This document shows, in pieces, positions 39,700 through 51,943 of a stretch of DNA of 64,000 bases. The stretch comes from Eledone cirrhosa. Its lineage: Eukaryota. Made by a program: the position numbers and the translations under genes. The stretch covers positions 228,346,001 to 228,410,000 of the forward strand of contig OZ024741.1 of assembly GCA_964016885.1 (NCBI GenBank). Reading direction: 5' to 3'. Every line of letters starts with the position of its first letter. Position 1 is the stretch's first letter. The notes below the pieces were generated by a model. The model was not told the origin of the DNA, did no database searches, and saw nothing but the letters and a program-made list of their open reading frames with translations.

Positions 39700-40155
39700 A
39701 ACAGGAGACTGGACTGGTGTAGTTCCTTAAAAGGTTTATTATACTATGATCCTTTCAGTGACCGAGTTCAGTATGAATCCGATGACATCATCAGGTATTC
39801 GAAATTTAACAAAGGAATATAATAGACAAAATCCATGGGCTGAAAAGCAGAGACAGGAGAGCGGCCGAACATTTAGCAGCTTCTAGCCCGGTCAGCCGCC
39901 CTCAATACTATTATACAGAATTCCTAATAAAAATAGGTGCTTAATCATATAAGCAATATATATAGGGCGGCTGACCGGGCTAGAAGCTGCTAAATGTTCG
40001 GCCGCCCTCTTGTCTCTGCTTTTCAGCCCCATGGATTTTGTCTATATTATATTGCTTTGTGAGGATGTCACCGGATTCATACTGAACCCGGTCACTGAAA
40101 TGATCACAGTATAATAAACCTTTTAAGGAATAACACCAGTCCAGCCTCCTGTAAT
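39700..40155. repeat. Inverted repeat (arms ~200 bp), each arm with a hammerhead motif (39741-39798 -, 40059-40112 +)
   Basis: Minus: ATAC-CTGATGA-stem II-GAAA-(T/G)GATCA-TA-GTAT. The spacer 39903-39960 is the reverse complement of ~35988-36045. Confidence 0.75.
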
Positions 40156-40157
40156 TT

Positions 40158-40212
<55 letters not shown>

Positions 40213-40217
<5 letters not shown>

Positions 40218-42107
40218 TTCAAGAGTAACCAATCTTAAAGAGAGAGATGGAGATAGTAGAGGAGATATGAGAGGAGAGATTGGTGAGTTAGGTAGAAGCC
40301 AAAGCGTAAAGGCAGGTGTTCAATGTGCAATATGCAGTGGAAAGCAGCTAGGTGGTTGGGTTCATGCAGAAGGTAGGTGAGAAGAGCTGGACATATTCAT
40401 TAGTTAAGCAAAACAAGACCACAAATTTCACAAGGAAGGCATTGTTAAAAGATTGTCAACATATTTTAGTTTGATGTAAGGAATGTAGAGAATAATAATA
40501 ATAATATTAATAATAATTGTTTCTACTTTTGGCACAAGGCCAGCAATTACCCAGTACATTACTGGTACTTTATTTTATCGACCCCGTAAGGATGAAAGGT
40601 AAAGTTAACCTCGGCGGGATTTGAACACAGACCCTAAAGGGACGTAACTATGCTAGAAAGCATGGCGTCCGACTCTCTACTGATACTGCCAATCCACCGC
40701 CCTGGATTAATAATAATAATGTCCGTTTACAATTGTTTCGTTACTCCATATAATATTTCTGGATCAGATGACTATATATCATAATTGATCTGGTTCAGTT
40801 GAAAATAATTAACATATTTAAAAGACATAGTGACTCATCGGTACTTCAAAGAAATATAAATTAAAATAATGGGATAATGTTACATAATATAATGTTCCAT
40901 ATATTGGTTTTTACTATGGTGTCTTGGTTGCATCAGTTGTCAGCCATAATCAAGCAGTATTCATCTGACGAGGCTGCATTGTGTGAGATCTGCCTATGGG
41001 TAACAAGATGGCTGCCAAAGGGCATATTTACCTTACTAATTAGAGGGTGGTTTCAGGGGAAGTAACTTCTCGAGAGATTAGAAATTGTGGCTGTTTATAG
41101 TTAAGTGCTAATTTTAACATTTTTTTAATTGAGAGACAATATAGGGGAGGTAACTTGTAATTATCGAGTTGTTCATAACAATTTAACTTATTAGCTACAA
41201 GTAAAAATGGGGCTACATGACTGAGTTGGGTCAAACATTCTATTGGCGAAGGAATTAGCCCTTCGATGTTGACAGCTAATGGTTACCTCCGTTCTATCGT
41301 TAATCGGCAGAGGTCGTGATAGAGTTATGTAATATGCTTCCGTAATACAGAGATCACAAGATTTTTTTCGTCCATTGAACGGTTGGGCCCTAGCCACGAT
41401 ATCCCATTTTAGTAAGTGTTGAATGTTGTTTAATTTAAGGTTTTTAATGAGCCTAGCTAGCGATGTCGAACATCTGTTGCTAGGGTCTCGGAAGGAAAAA
41501 GAGTGCGCGTTATAGCGTACCTTAAAATGGTTAGAGGTACACCTGACATAAGAGCTGGTATTCGAAGCAGTCTTAACCGTGCACCTATAGACTATGTTGG
41601 GTGTCAGGCAGTGTCCATTTAATGGGCATGCATTGGGGTAACGGCAGTTGCAGTTGCTTCTGCGGTTAGTGAGAGTAGGATTGTTTAACCTAAGCGGTAG
41701 GTCCGTGCTAGAAGGATTAGATGGGGGAGGTGTGCTACTAGAGTAATTATTGGTATAGTGGCGTGGTGTATTTGATAGTGGTGGTGGTACCGCGGTGTGA
41801 GAGTTATACTGTCTTAGATTATGATGGTTACTGAACGCGATGTGGCTAGCTAGGTTAGGTGTAGTGGAGAATTAGATTTTAATGTTATTTTTATTAAAGA
41901 GTTTGTAATATCTATGGTTGAGGTGGAAGTGTTTAGATAGGATAGAGAAGAAGCGTTTGGGGATATTATTGGCTAGATTAGATGAGAATGGGGAGTTAAG
42001 ACAGGTGATATTTCCGGCGTCAGCAGCAACCGCCCGGTCAAAGTGGTACGCTTTCCATCTTATTCTTCGGATGAAGGAGTTGGCACTCTGTATTAGGAGT
42101 TTGAGTT
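40213..42107 (-). mobile_element. Inverted, internally deleted Naiad-type PLE copy (pLTR + GIY-YIG), with SINE 40518-40703 inside its (TAA)n
   Basis: Reverse complement of 44042-45385 and of 42108-42290/62900-63177; hammerhead motif at 40725-40844. Confidence 0.9.
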
Positions 42108-45100
42108 TTCAGCTCTGCGCACCTAACTTCTGCATGAACCCAGCCACCTAGCTGCTTTCTACTGCATATTGCACATTGAGCACATGGTTTTACGCTTTGG
42201 CTTCTAACTAACTCACCAATCTCTCCTCTCATATCTCCTCTACTATCTCCATCTCTCTCTTTAAGATTGGTTACTCTTGAACTGTGTATACTTGAGCTCC
42301 CGTAGTTGAGCTATTTACTGTTAGAAGTCACCATGTTGAGCAAACAGGAACTCAGAATCTCACTTAAGTCCATACCTATCCCGGACAGGAAGACATACCT
42401 CAAACTCCTAATACAGAGTGTCAACTCCTTCATCCGAAGAATAAGATGGAAAGCGTAACACTTTGACCGTGCGGTTGCTGCTGACGCCGGAAGTACAGCA
42501 AATAGATATGGATTTACCACATGCAAGAACCCCCCACACAACATCCTGCTGGACCCTTTTGAGAAAGATCTATTCAACTTCGTCAGGAGCATTAAGTTCA
42601 AAAAGCATTATAGACACAAGAATAACTTCCTCACTACATTAGCAACAACTATAAACAATTTTAAAGATAGCAACCTCTTACATGTTATGTCTGACAAAAC
42701 TAAAAATCTATACACCATGACTCCTGAAACTTACAACTCTTTCCTTCTTAAAGAACTCAATAAAAACTATAAAAAAATTACACCCTCCAGTGTAAACGTA
42801 CTTAACCGAAAAGCCCAGGCTTTGGTTAAGGACTTGCATCTGGATAGATTTACCCACCCTTATGTACCAACAACCCCAAGGTTCTCTCTCAAGGATCACA
42901 AGCCAAACTTTATAGAGAACCCATCCATTAGACTCATAAGCCCAACCACATCTGACCTGGGCCGCATCAGTAAGAACATCCTTGATAGGATAATCCCTGG
43001 GCTACGGGATGATACAACCCACAAGTTGTGGTCCAACACCGGCCAAGTCATTAGATGGTTCTCCGATCTAAGGTCCAAGCAATCTATGAGGTTCATCCAA
43101 TTTGACATAGACAGCTATTACGCGTCAATAACCCCGGAACTGCTCCACAAAGCATTAGCCCTAGCCACCACCAACTCGGACATAACCAATAATGAGATTA
43201 GCATCATACTTATGGCTAGGCAGACTATCATTGAATTCAACGGAGCACTCTGGACTAGAAAAGATAGAACAGACAACTTTGACATTACGATGGGCTCAAG
43301 TGACTCCGCGCAAATCACCGATTTAATTGGGATTTACGTATTACGTAACATCAGAGCCGAAATCCAACCCATGCAAGGTGGAATATACAGGGACGACGCC
43401 CTATTTGCAGTCCACAATTGCACTAATCGGGGAATCGATTTGCTAAAGAAACAATTACAAAGATTCTTAAAAAATAACGGTCTCTCTATCACCATCGAGC
43501 CGAACCATAAAGTAGTAAACTTCCTAGACGTCACCCTGGATCTCAACAATAACCTATATAACCCTTACCATAAAGCAGGTGAAATACTCACATATATTAG
43601 CCCACACTCTAACCACCCACCGGCAGTCATCAGAGCAATAATCAAATCTATCTCTTATAGGATCTCAATGCTATCAGCAAATGAGGAGATATTTATAAAC
43701 CACGCACAATATTATAATAAGGCTCACTCTGAATCTGGTTATAATCAATCAATTTATTACATACCTAAATGCGATAACACAGCAATTCACAATAATAAAC
43801 TTAACACTAGAACTAGAAATACTTTAGCATATAGCCAGATTCGCCGGAATTTTAGCAGTAACAGCACCTATACAGGGAACTTTAATGGTGGCAGCGGCCT
43901 TCTCCCCACACCAAGTAGCAAACTAAAAATCAACCCAAGAATAGGAATGAGAATGGGATGACAAATAACAATCCCCAGGTAATAATAACCCTAGGAAGGC
44001 CCCTACCAACTCCACTAGAACCCCTAGAAGGAATAGACCTAGAAATATCACCTAGCTTAACCCCCCATTCTCATCTGATCTAGCCACTAATATTTCCAAA
44101 CGCTTCTTCTCTATCCTATCTAAACACTTCCACCCCAACCATAGATATTACAAACTCTTTAATAAAAATAACATTAAAATCTCATTCTCCACAACACCTA
44201 ACCTAGCTAGCCACATCGCGTTCAGTAACCATCATAAGCTAAGACAGTATAACTCCCACACCGCGGTACCACCACCCCTATCAAATACACCACGCCACTA
44301 TACCAGTAATTACTCTAGTAGCTCACCTCCCCCATCTAATCCTTCTAGCACGGACCTACCGCTTAGGTTAAACAACCCTACTCTCACTAACCGCAGACGC
44401 AACTGCAACTGCCGTTACCCCAATGCATGCCCATTAAATGGACACTACCTGACACCCAACATAGTCTATAGGTGCACGGTTAAGACTGCTTCGAATACCA
44501 GCTCTTATATCAGGTGTACCTCTAACCATTTTAAGGTACGCTATAACGTGCACTCTTTTTCCTTCCGAGACCCTAGCAACAGATGTTCGTCTTCGCTAGC
44601 TAGGCTCATTAAAAACCTTAAATTAAACAACGTTCAATACTCACTAAAATGGGATATCGTGGCTAGGGCCCAACCGTTCAATGGACGAACAAAAATCTTG
44701 TGACCTCTGTATTACGGAAGCATATTACATAACTCTATCACGACCTCTACCGATTAACGATAGAACGGAGGTAACCATTAGCTGTCAACATCGAAGGGCT
44801 AATTCCTTCGCCAATAGAATTTTTTACCCAACTTAGTCATGTAGCCCCATTTTTACTTGTAGCTAATAAGTTAAATTGTTATGAACAACTCTATAATTAT
44901 AAGTTACCTCCCCTCCATCGTCTCTCAATTAAAAAAAAATTTAAATTAGCACTTAACTATAAACACCCACAATTTCTAATCTCTCGAGAAGTTACTTCCC
45001 CTGAAACCACCCTCTAATTAGTAAGGTAAATATGCCCTTTGGCAGCCATCTTGTTACCCATAGGCAGATCTCACACAATGCAGCCTCGTCAGATGAATAC

Positions 45101-45390
45101 TGCTTGATTATGGCTGACAACTGATGCAACCAAGACACCATAGTAAAAACCAATATATGGAACATTATATTATGTAACATTATCCCATTATTTTAATTTA
45201 TATTCCTTTGAAGTTCCGATGAGCCACTCTGTCTTTTAAATATGTTAATTATTTTCAACTGAACCAGATCAATTATGATATATAGTCATCTGATCCAGAA
45301 ATATTTTATAGAATAGCTAAACAATTGTAAAGGGACATTATTATTATTGATATTATTATTCTTATTCTCTACATTCCTTACATCAAGCCA
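42108..45390 (+). mobile_element. Near-complete Naiad-type Penelope-like element
   Basis: pLTR end, ORF 42333-~44836, pLTR with hammerhead motif 45213-45332. Confidence 0.92.
42333..44836 (+). pseudogene. PLE RT + GIY-YIG protein (Naiad-type), with point stops and frameshifts
   Basis: SLKSIPIP, RIRWKA, DKTKNLY, LKDHKPNF, FDIDSYYASI, TMGS, YRDD, FLDVTLDL, SNHPP, NPPFS, CNCRYPNACPLNG, NIVY...YI, CDLC. Confidence 0.93.
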
Positions 45391-45561
45391 CAAATTTCAC
45401 AAGGAAGACATTATTTAAAGATTGTCAACATAGTTGTAGTTTAATGTAAGGAATGTAAAGAATAATAATAATACTAATAATGCCCGTTTACAATTGTTTC
45501 GCTACTCCATATAATGTTTCTGGGTCAAATGATTATAGATAATTTTTTATCTGGTTCAGTT

Positions 45562-46665
45562 CAAATACACCACGCCACTACACCAATACTTACTCTAGTA
45601 GCATACCTCCCCCACCTAATCCTTCTAGCACGCACCAACAGCATAGTTTAAACAACTCTACCCTAACTAACCGCAGCAATAACTGCAACTGCCGTTACTC
45701 TAATGCATGCCCACTAAACGGACAATGCGTTACACCCAATATAGTTCAATGGTGCACAGTTAAAACAGCATCGTATACCAGCTCCTATATTGGCTCTACC
45801 TCTAACCCTTTTAAGGTACGCTATAACGCGCACTCATTTTCCTTCCGAGACCCTAGCAATAGATGTTCGACATCTCTAGCTAGGCTCTTGAAAAACCTTA
45901 AATTAACCAACATTGAACACTCACTAACATGGGATATCTTGATTAGAGCCCAACCGTTCAATGGACGAAGAAACTCTTGTGATCTATGTCTTACCGAAGC
46001 CTATTACATAACTCTATCACGACCTCTACCGATTAATGATAGAACGGAGGTAACTATTAGCCGTCAACATCGAAGGGAAAATTCCTTCGCCAACAGAATA
46101 TTTGACCCAACATAGTCATCTAATCCCACTTTTTCTTATAGCTAACATGTTAAATAGTTATAGCTAACTTAGATAATTATAAGTTACCTCACTTACATTG
46201 TCTCTCACTTAAACTCATTAGCACTTCTTAACTATAATAACCTACAATTTCTAATTTCTCAAGGAGTTACTTCCCCTGAAACCAGCCTCTAATTAGTAAG
46301 ATAAATATGTCTTTTGGCGGCCATCTTGTTACCCATAGGCAGATCTCGCATAACGCAGCCTCAACGGAAGAATATTGCTCGCCTATGGCAGAAAATAGAT
46401 AGACTCAGCACACCATAGTCAAATACCAATATATGGAATATTACATGTAACCATCATGTAACCATCATGTAACCATCATGTACCCATCTTTCTTTAGCGT
46501 AATTTATATTCCTTTTGAAGTTCCGATGAACTACTCCAATTTTTCCTAAGTTAATTATCCTCAACTGAACCAGATCAAAAATGATCTATAATCATTTGAT
46601 CCAGAAACATTATATGGAGTAGTGAAACAATTGTAAACGGACATTATTATTATTATTATTATTAT
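45562..46665 (+). mobile_element. Second, diverged 3' Naiad copy (GIY-YIG + 5' part of pLTR); the pLTR resumes at 62900
   Basis: Homologous to 44282-45340; preceded by an inverted pLTR piece at 45388-45561. Confidence 0.88.
46520..46638 (+). ncRNA. Minimal type I hammerhead with CCGAUGA core and long stem II insertion
   Basis: GTT-CCGATGA-ACTACTCCA...TGGAGTAGT-GAAA-CAATTG-TA-AAC. Confidence 0.7.
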
Positions 46666-46997
46666 TGTTCTTTGAGTCTCAGTCATCGATGTTAGTTAAC
46701 TGGAAAGTTTGTTGAAATGAATATCAAGCCACTACCTGCAGCCTCAGATATTCAGGACGTATCGGAGGGTTCTTACTGTTCCCAGCAAGCATGCCTTTTG
46801 AAGCGTTCCAAAAAGCGGGGCGGGGCCCTTTTCTTAAACCATCCCTGGAAACTTTTTGAGATAGTACCTAGTGCGGCTATGACAATCGGGACCACTTTGA
46901 CTTCATGGCAGTTCCAAATCCTTTTAACCTCCCACTGTAAGTCCTGGTATCGGTTGGTTAATTTTCTCCCTCTCCTTCTCTTGCACTCTCGTGTCAA
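46666..46997 (-). mobile_element. 5'-truncated R4/Dong copy between (TTA)n tracts
   Basis: Highly similar to 47059-47382 (RYQDL..EVKRIWNCHEVKVVPIVI). Confidence 0.92.
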
Positions 46998-47001
46998 ATT
47001 A

Positions 47002-47050
<49 letters not shown>

Positions 47051-47058
47051 GTTATTAC

Positions 47059-50000
47059 TCTTTGAACCTCAGTCATTGATGTTAGTTAACTGGAAAGTTT
47101 GTTGAAATGAAAATCAAGCCACTACCTGCAGCCTCAGATATTCATGACGTATCGGAGGGTTCTTGCTGTTCCCAGCAAGCATGCCTTTTGAAGCGTTCCA
47201 AAAAGCGTGAAGGGGCCAATTTTCTTTAACCATCCCTGGAAACTTTTTTAGATAGTCCCTAGTGCGCCTATGACAATCGGGATCACTTTGACTTCATGGC
47301 AGTTCCAAATCCTTTTTACCTCCCACTTTAAGTCCTGGTATCGGTTAATTTTCTCCCTCTCCTTCTCTTGGACTCTCGTGTCGAATGGGCAGGCCACATC
47401 CACAATCAGGCACGATCTTTTTTCTTTGTCCACAACCACCAGGTCAGGTCTATTGTGTTCCAGTTTCTTGTCCGTCTGTATCCTAAAATCCCACAGCACC
47501 TTCACCTGATCGTTTTCTATCACCGCCTCTGGTCTCCCAGCCCTTATAGTGAGTCTGGGCTAGGTGTTTACACTCGGATACAATGTGAGCCACAGTCTCC
47601 TCTCTCTCTCCACAGATCCTGCACAGTGGGCTAGCCTCCTCCTTGTAAATATGGTGTTTCAACCACTTCGTTTTTAGGGCCTGCTCCTGCGCAGCCATTA
47701 ACATTCCTTCTGTAGCCTTTTAAAGGTCTCCTCTTTTCAACCAGTTCCATGTCTGTGGATCTCTAAATTCAGTTTTCTCAAAGAAGGTACTATGAAGGGA
47801 TTTTTCCTGAAGGCTGCTCTTTCTCTTTGATGTTATTTCCTCCTTGGACATCCCTTGGCCTATTGTCCCCTCCTTCAATACAGTTCTGAGCATTGGCTCC
47901 TTACTATCAGTCACGTATTTGTGTAGGTTGTTTTTCTCCATCTGAACACAGTCCTCTATGCTGATAAGACCTCTTCCACCCTTAGATCTCCTTAAGTAGA
48001 GTCTATCGACATCACTCCTCTTGTGGAACATGTAGATAGTCAATAGCTTCCTAGTCTTCCTATCCATTTCTTTCTGTTCAGCAACATTCCATCTCAGAAT
48101 TCCCGCACTGTACCTAATAATAAACACAGCTCGGGAATTTACTGCACTTATGGCATTCCTACTGTTCAGATGTGACTTTAATACGCTCCTTACTCTCCGA
48201 ATGTATTCAGTTCTTATCAATTCCTTCATTTTTTTGTTCTTGATGTCATCAGCCTCCAGAACGCCCAAATACGTGTATCCTTCTTCAGAGTCAATTTCCT
48301 TTATCATCTCACCCGTTGGTACCTGGATTCCGTTACTTCTGCTCAACTTACCCCTCTTCATCACAATGACTCCACAATTACTAATACCAAATTGCATACA
48401 TATATCATTGGTGAAAATACGGACAGTGTCAACAAGCACATCCAACTCCTTCTCACTCTTCCCGAAGAGCTTAAGATCGTCCATGAAGAGGAGGTGATTG
48501 ATGGTAAGCTCTCCCTTTCCCAACCTGTATCCTGCTCTCACTTTTCGCAGTACACTGGTCAGGGGCATCAGGGCAAGGACAAACAACAGCGGGGACAGAA
48601 TATCTCCCTGGAAGATACCTCTCTTGATCTTCACGCTTCCCAAGGATTCTCCAGTTGATGTTAACTCTGTTTCCCAGGACTTCATACTTTTGCCCAACAG
48701 CTGTCTGATGTTATCTGCCACCTTGAAGATCTCCAGGCTTTTGGTGATCCAAGAATGAGGCACCATGTCAAATGCCTTTTTGTAGTCTATCCATCCCATG
48801 GCAAGACCAGTGTGTCTCCTCTTGCAATTCCTCATTACCATCTTATCAATAAGTAACTGGACCTTTGTACCACGTGACTTCTTTCGGCATCCTTTCTGTT
48901 CATCCGGTAACAAGTTGTTTGTGTGGAGGTGATGGTAGATTTCCTCAGACATAATGCTTGTCCTCAGTTTCCACATTACGGACAGACATGTGATAGGTCT
49001 ATAGTTGGTAACATCATTACCCTTGAATCGGTCTTTTATTATCAGAACTGTGGTATCTTTTGTCAACCACTCTGGTACCTCACCTGACATCAAGCAGTCA
49101 TTGAACATGGTTGTCAGTTTCGGGTGGAGGGATGTTATATTTTTAATCCAATACCCCTGCACACCATCTGGGCCTGGTGATTTCCAGTTGGTTAGTTTGT
49201 TGGCCTGCCCCTTAAGAGTTTCAACTGTGATGCTCAAATCAGTTTGTTGGTGTGCCTGTTCACTAATCTCCTTCTGTACTGTCTCAATCCACACTGCCTG
49301 GTCATTATAGTTAACATCCTGCTCCCATATTCCTCTCCAGAATGTTTTAGTTTGTTCCGCCTCAGGGATCAAGTCGTTGCCTCTTTCTTTCCCTTCAAGC
49401 TGTCCAAACAGCATCTTCTGGTTGTTGTCGAACATTCGGTTCTGTCTATACTGGCTGACTCTGTTCTCGTATCGCCTGATTTTTGCACTCTTTGCTACAA
49501 TGCGTTGCTTCAGTTCCTCTATGATAATATTTAGCTTTTTCCTCCTAGTTTTGTACTTTATTTCCAGTCTATTTTTAGTGTCTATGTTTTTTAGTGTCCC
49601 ATTCAGTAGGGACTCAAGCTTTCCAATGTCATTTCTCATTTCCCTGATTTGACCATTCAGTCGTTTCTTCCACCAAAGTTCTGATCTTTCTTGTTTGTTG
49701 TTTCCTCTCGCTTTTATGCCAAGTAATTTCCTCACCGTATTTGCTGTTGCTTTGAGGATATTGTTGCACTGGTGAAGGCTCCTCGCCTCAAGGTATGGGA
49801 TGATTTTGTTTACCTTAGCTGTTGTTTCTTTTAACTTTTTCCTGTCTACAAATCTTAGGTTCATAGGTCTCCCACTATCATTGTTCAATTCATCTACCAC
49901 TAAGTTTAGGATATCAACCAAATCTTGTCCTAGCCCATCAGCATTCATCTCCTCTGTGGCCGTATCTCTGTTCCAGGTATTATTTATTTCAGCATTCAGA

Positions 50001-50597
50001 TCATTGTCTGCTTCGGGTGGTTCCTCCGTTCTCTCGACCTCTTCACCTTCATTTCCCACTGGCTCGTTTGCCTGGCATACTCCACTCTCCATCTCCAAGC
50101 TAATCTCTCTGCTCAGTTCCTCCAGTTCCAGCTCGCTTATCCACCCATTAGTTCTTATTACCCGAGCCTGCCCGGCCAATTTTTGTTCATCTAATTTAAA
50201 TAGACCAATCTCGTTCCAGATGTTATGCATCCGTTTCCTATAGATTTCTCCTTGGGGTTACTCTTCAGGTAACATTGCATAACAGTTCTATTCAATTCTT
50301 TCGTCCAGTTTGTTCTGGTCCCTTTGCTTCTTCTTCTTCCTCCGACACCAGCAGTATTTGGTTGACAGCTAGGTCCCTGCTGCTGAGCCAGAGAGCACCT
50401 GTTGGGTGAGAGTCTGTCACATGACATTCTAGTCTCCATTTCACCGTTATTCGAACTGTTTAGGCTCGACATTTGACACTCTTATCGAGGATTGGCGAAT
50501 GTATGGTTACATAACCACCGGTGAATTCATCGTCTCCGGTGGTTCCGTCACTCCACGTGATTTTTGTGTGGCATTATCACGCTGTAGACGAACATAA
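47059..50597 (-). mobile_element. R4/Dong-clade non-LTR retrotransposon, family 1 (may extend to 51912)
   Basis: Single long ORF with RT + CCHC + restriction-like endonuclease; 3' end abuts (TAA)n. Confidence 0.93.
47134..50472 (-). pseudogene. R4 ORF (RT, CCHC, RLE) with a few frameshifts
   Basis: WKSPGPDG, YRPITCL, WIDYKKAFDMVPH, GIFQGD, HLLFMDD, YLG, GGRGL, CRIC...HIVSEC, RPDL...DV, VIGALG. Confidence 0.95.
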
Positions 50598-50794
50598 ATA
50601 AACAAACAAACAAACAGGCAAAAAACCCCCAAAAAATGAATAAGCATAAGTTTCATTGTAATGTAGTGTTTGAATGTCTGACTTAGTTTTTCCCTTCCCT
50701 TCTCTGTCCGTCTGTTTGTTTTTCTCTTCATTCTTATTTTCTTTACGTTTTTCGTTGTTGCTGTGCTGCTTTGATTTTTATTTTTGTTTTTTTT

Positions 50795-51912
50795 TTATTT
50801 TGACCGGGTCATCAATTCAGTCTATTTATATATTTTGATGCCTTCCTCTGTTAGTGGGGGTTCTACGATGTAGCAGGGGGTAGCGGGAGAGATTAGCGGC
50901 GGTAGTGGTGGTGGTGGTGTCGGTGCTGTGCTAGCAGCAACTAGCAGGAGGTAGTGGGAGAGAATAGCGGCGGTAGCGATAAATCATTATTAGGCAGTGG
51001 TGGTGGTGATGTGGTCGTATTACTGTAGTGATGGTGTTGAAGTTGGAGTAGAAATAGCGGTTGAGTCGACTTAACCAGAGTTTTCATCGTCGTAGTGGTG
51101 GTGGTGTTGGTGGTGAAATTATCTTTAGTTATTTAGTCATTTTGTCATTTTCCTCCTTTTCGATTCTAACATTCCTGATCCAAAATTAAATATTAATCTT
51201 GTTTATTAATATTGTCTAGTGATACCGCCATCTCCCCCTTTCGTAAGTTAACAGGAGGTAATGGGGGGATAGCGGTGGTAGCAATGAAGGAGTGGTGGAG
51301 GCGGTGATGGGATAGTGGTAGTAATGATGGATGGGCGGCGGTGGCGGTGACTGTAGTGATGGCGTTGTCGTTACTGAGTTTTGTTGAATGAGCTGTATTT
51401 TTGTTTGATCGGTGAATCTATGGGGTTAGTCGCGTATATGTGTTGACATATTTACTTAATATTGGAATTAAACATTTTGTTAAAACTTGATACAATAATA
51501 ATAGTAATTACTATTATTATGCTGAGATTGGTGGTGGTGGTGGTGAAATTGCCGTTATCTGGCTGATGTGTTTAGTGTACACAGAGGGGTGATGGGGTAG
51601 GTGGTGTATCTAGTTTCTGGTGTTGGTGAAATTGCTGTTATTTGGCTGTTCTATATAGTGTAGACAGAGGGGGTTTTCTTCCATTTATAACCATTTTCTT
51701 TTTTGAATATAAAATGTATAATACAAAATTGAATATTTGAGCGATATAACAATATATTATGGATCCGAATTTTTTTGGGACTCAAGCCGGATGTTTTATG
51801 TATCATTTGTACTGAGAATTGTTATTTCACAATTGATTTAAATATGTTAAAAAATCAAAACTTACGGGAGCGATTTCACGACCTTCTATCCACCATGTGC
51901 GTCTTCTTCCCT
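50795..51912 (-). repeat. Module duplicated at ~56170-56965; each copy starts at a (TAA)n tract and points toward an R4 ORF
   Basis: E.g. 51641-51770 vs 56691-56820 differ at only a few positions. Confidence 0.85.
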
Positions 51913-51943
51913 ATTATTATTATTACTATTATTATTATTATTA

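Noticed and set aside
43959-43961. TGA ending the Naiad RT ORF as selenocysteine
   Set aside because: Followed by TAA a few codons later, and the conserved downstream protein is in another frame, so it is a frameshift; the zinc-finger Cys codons are TGC/TGT. The TGA near 38421 is at a Trp position.
42493-44042. RT-domain deletion as a GT-AG splicing event
   Set aside because: GT and AG are nearby, but splicing would leave five A residues at the junction whereas three are observed; microhomology fits better.
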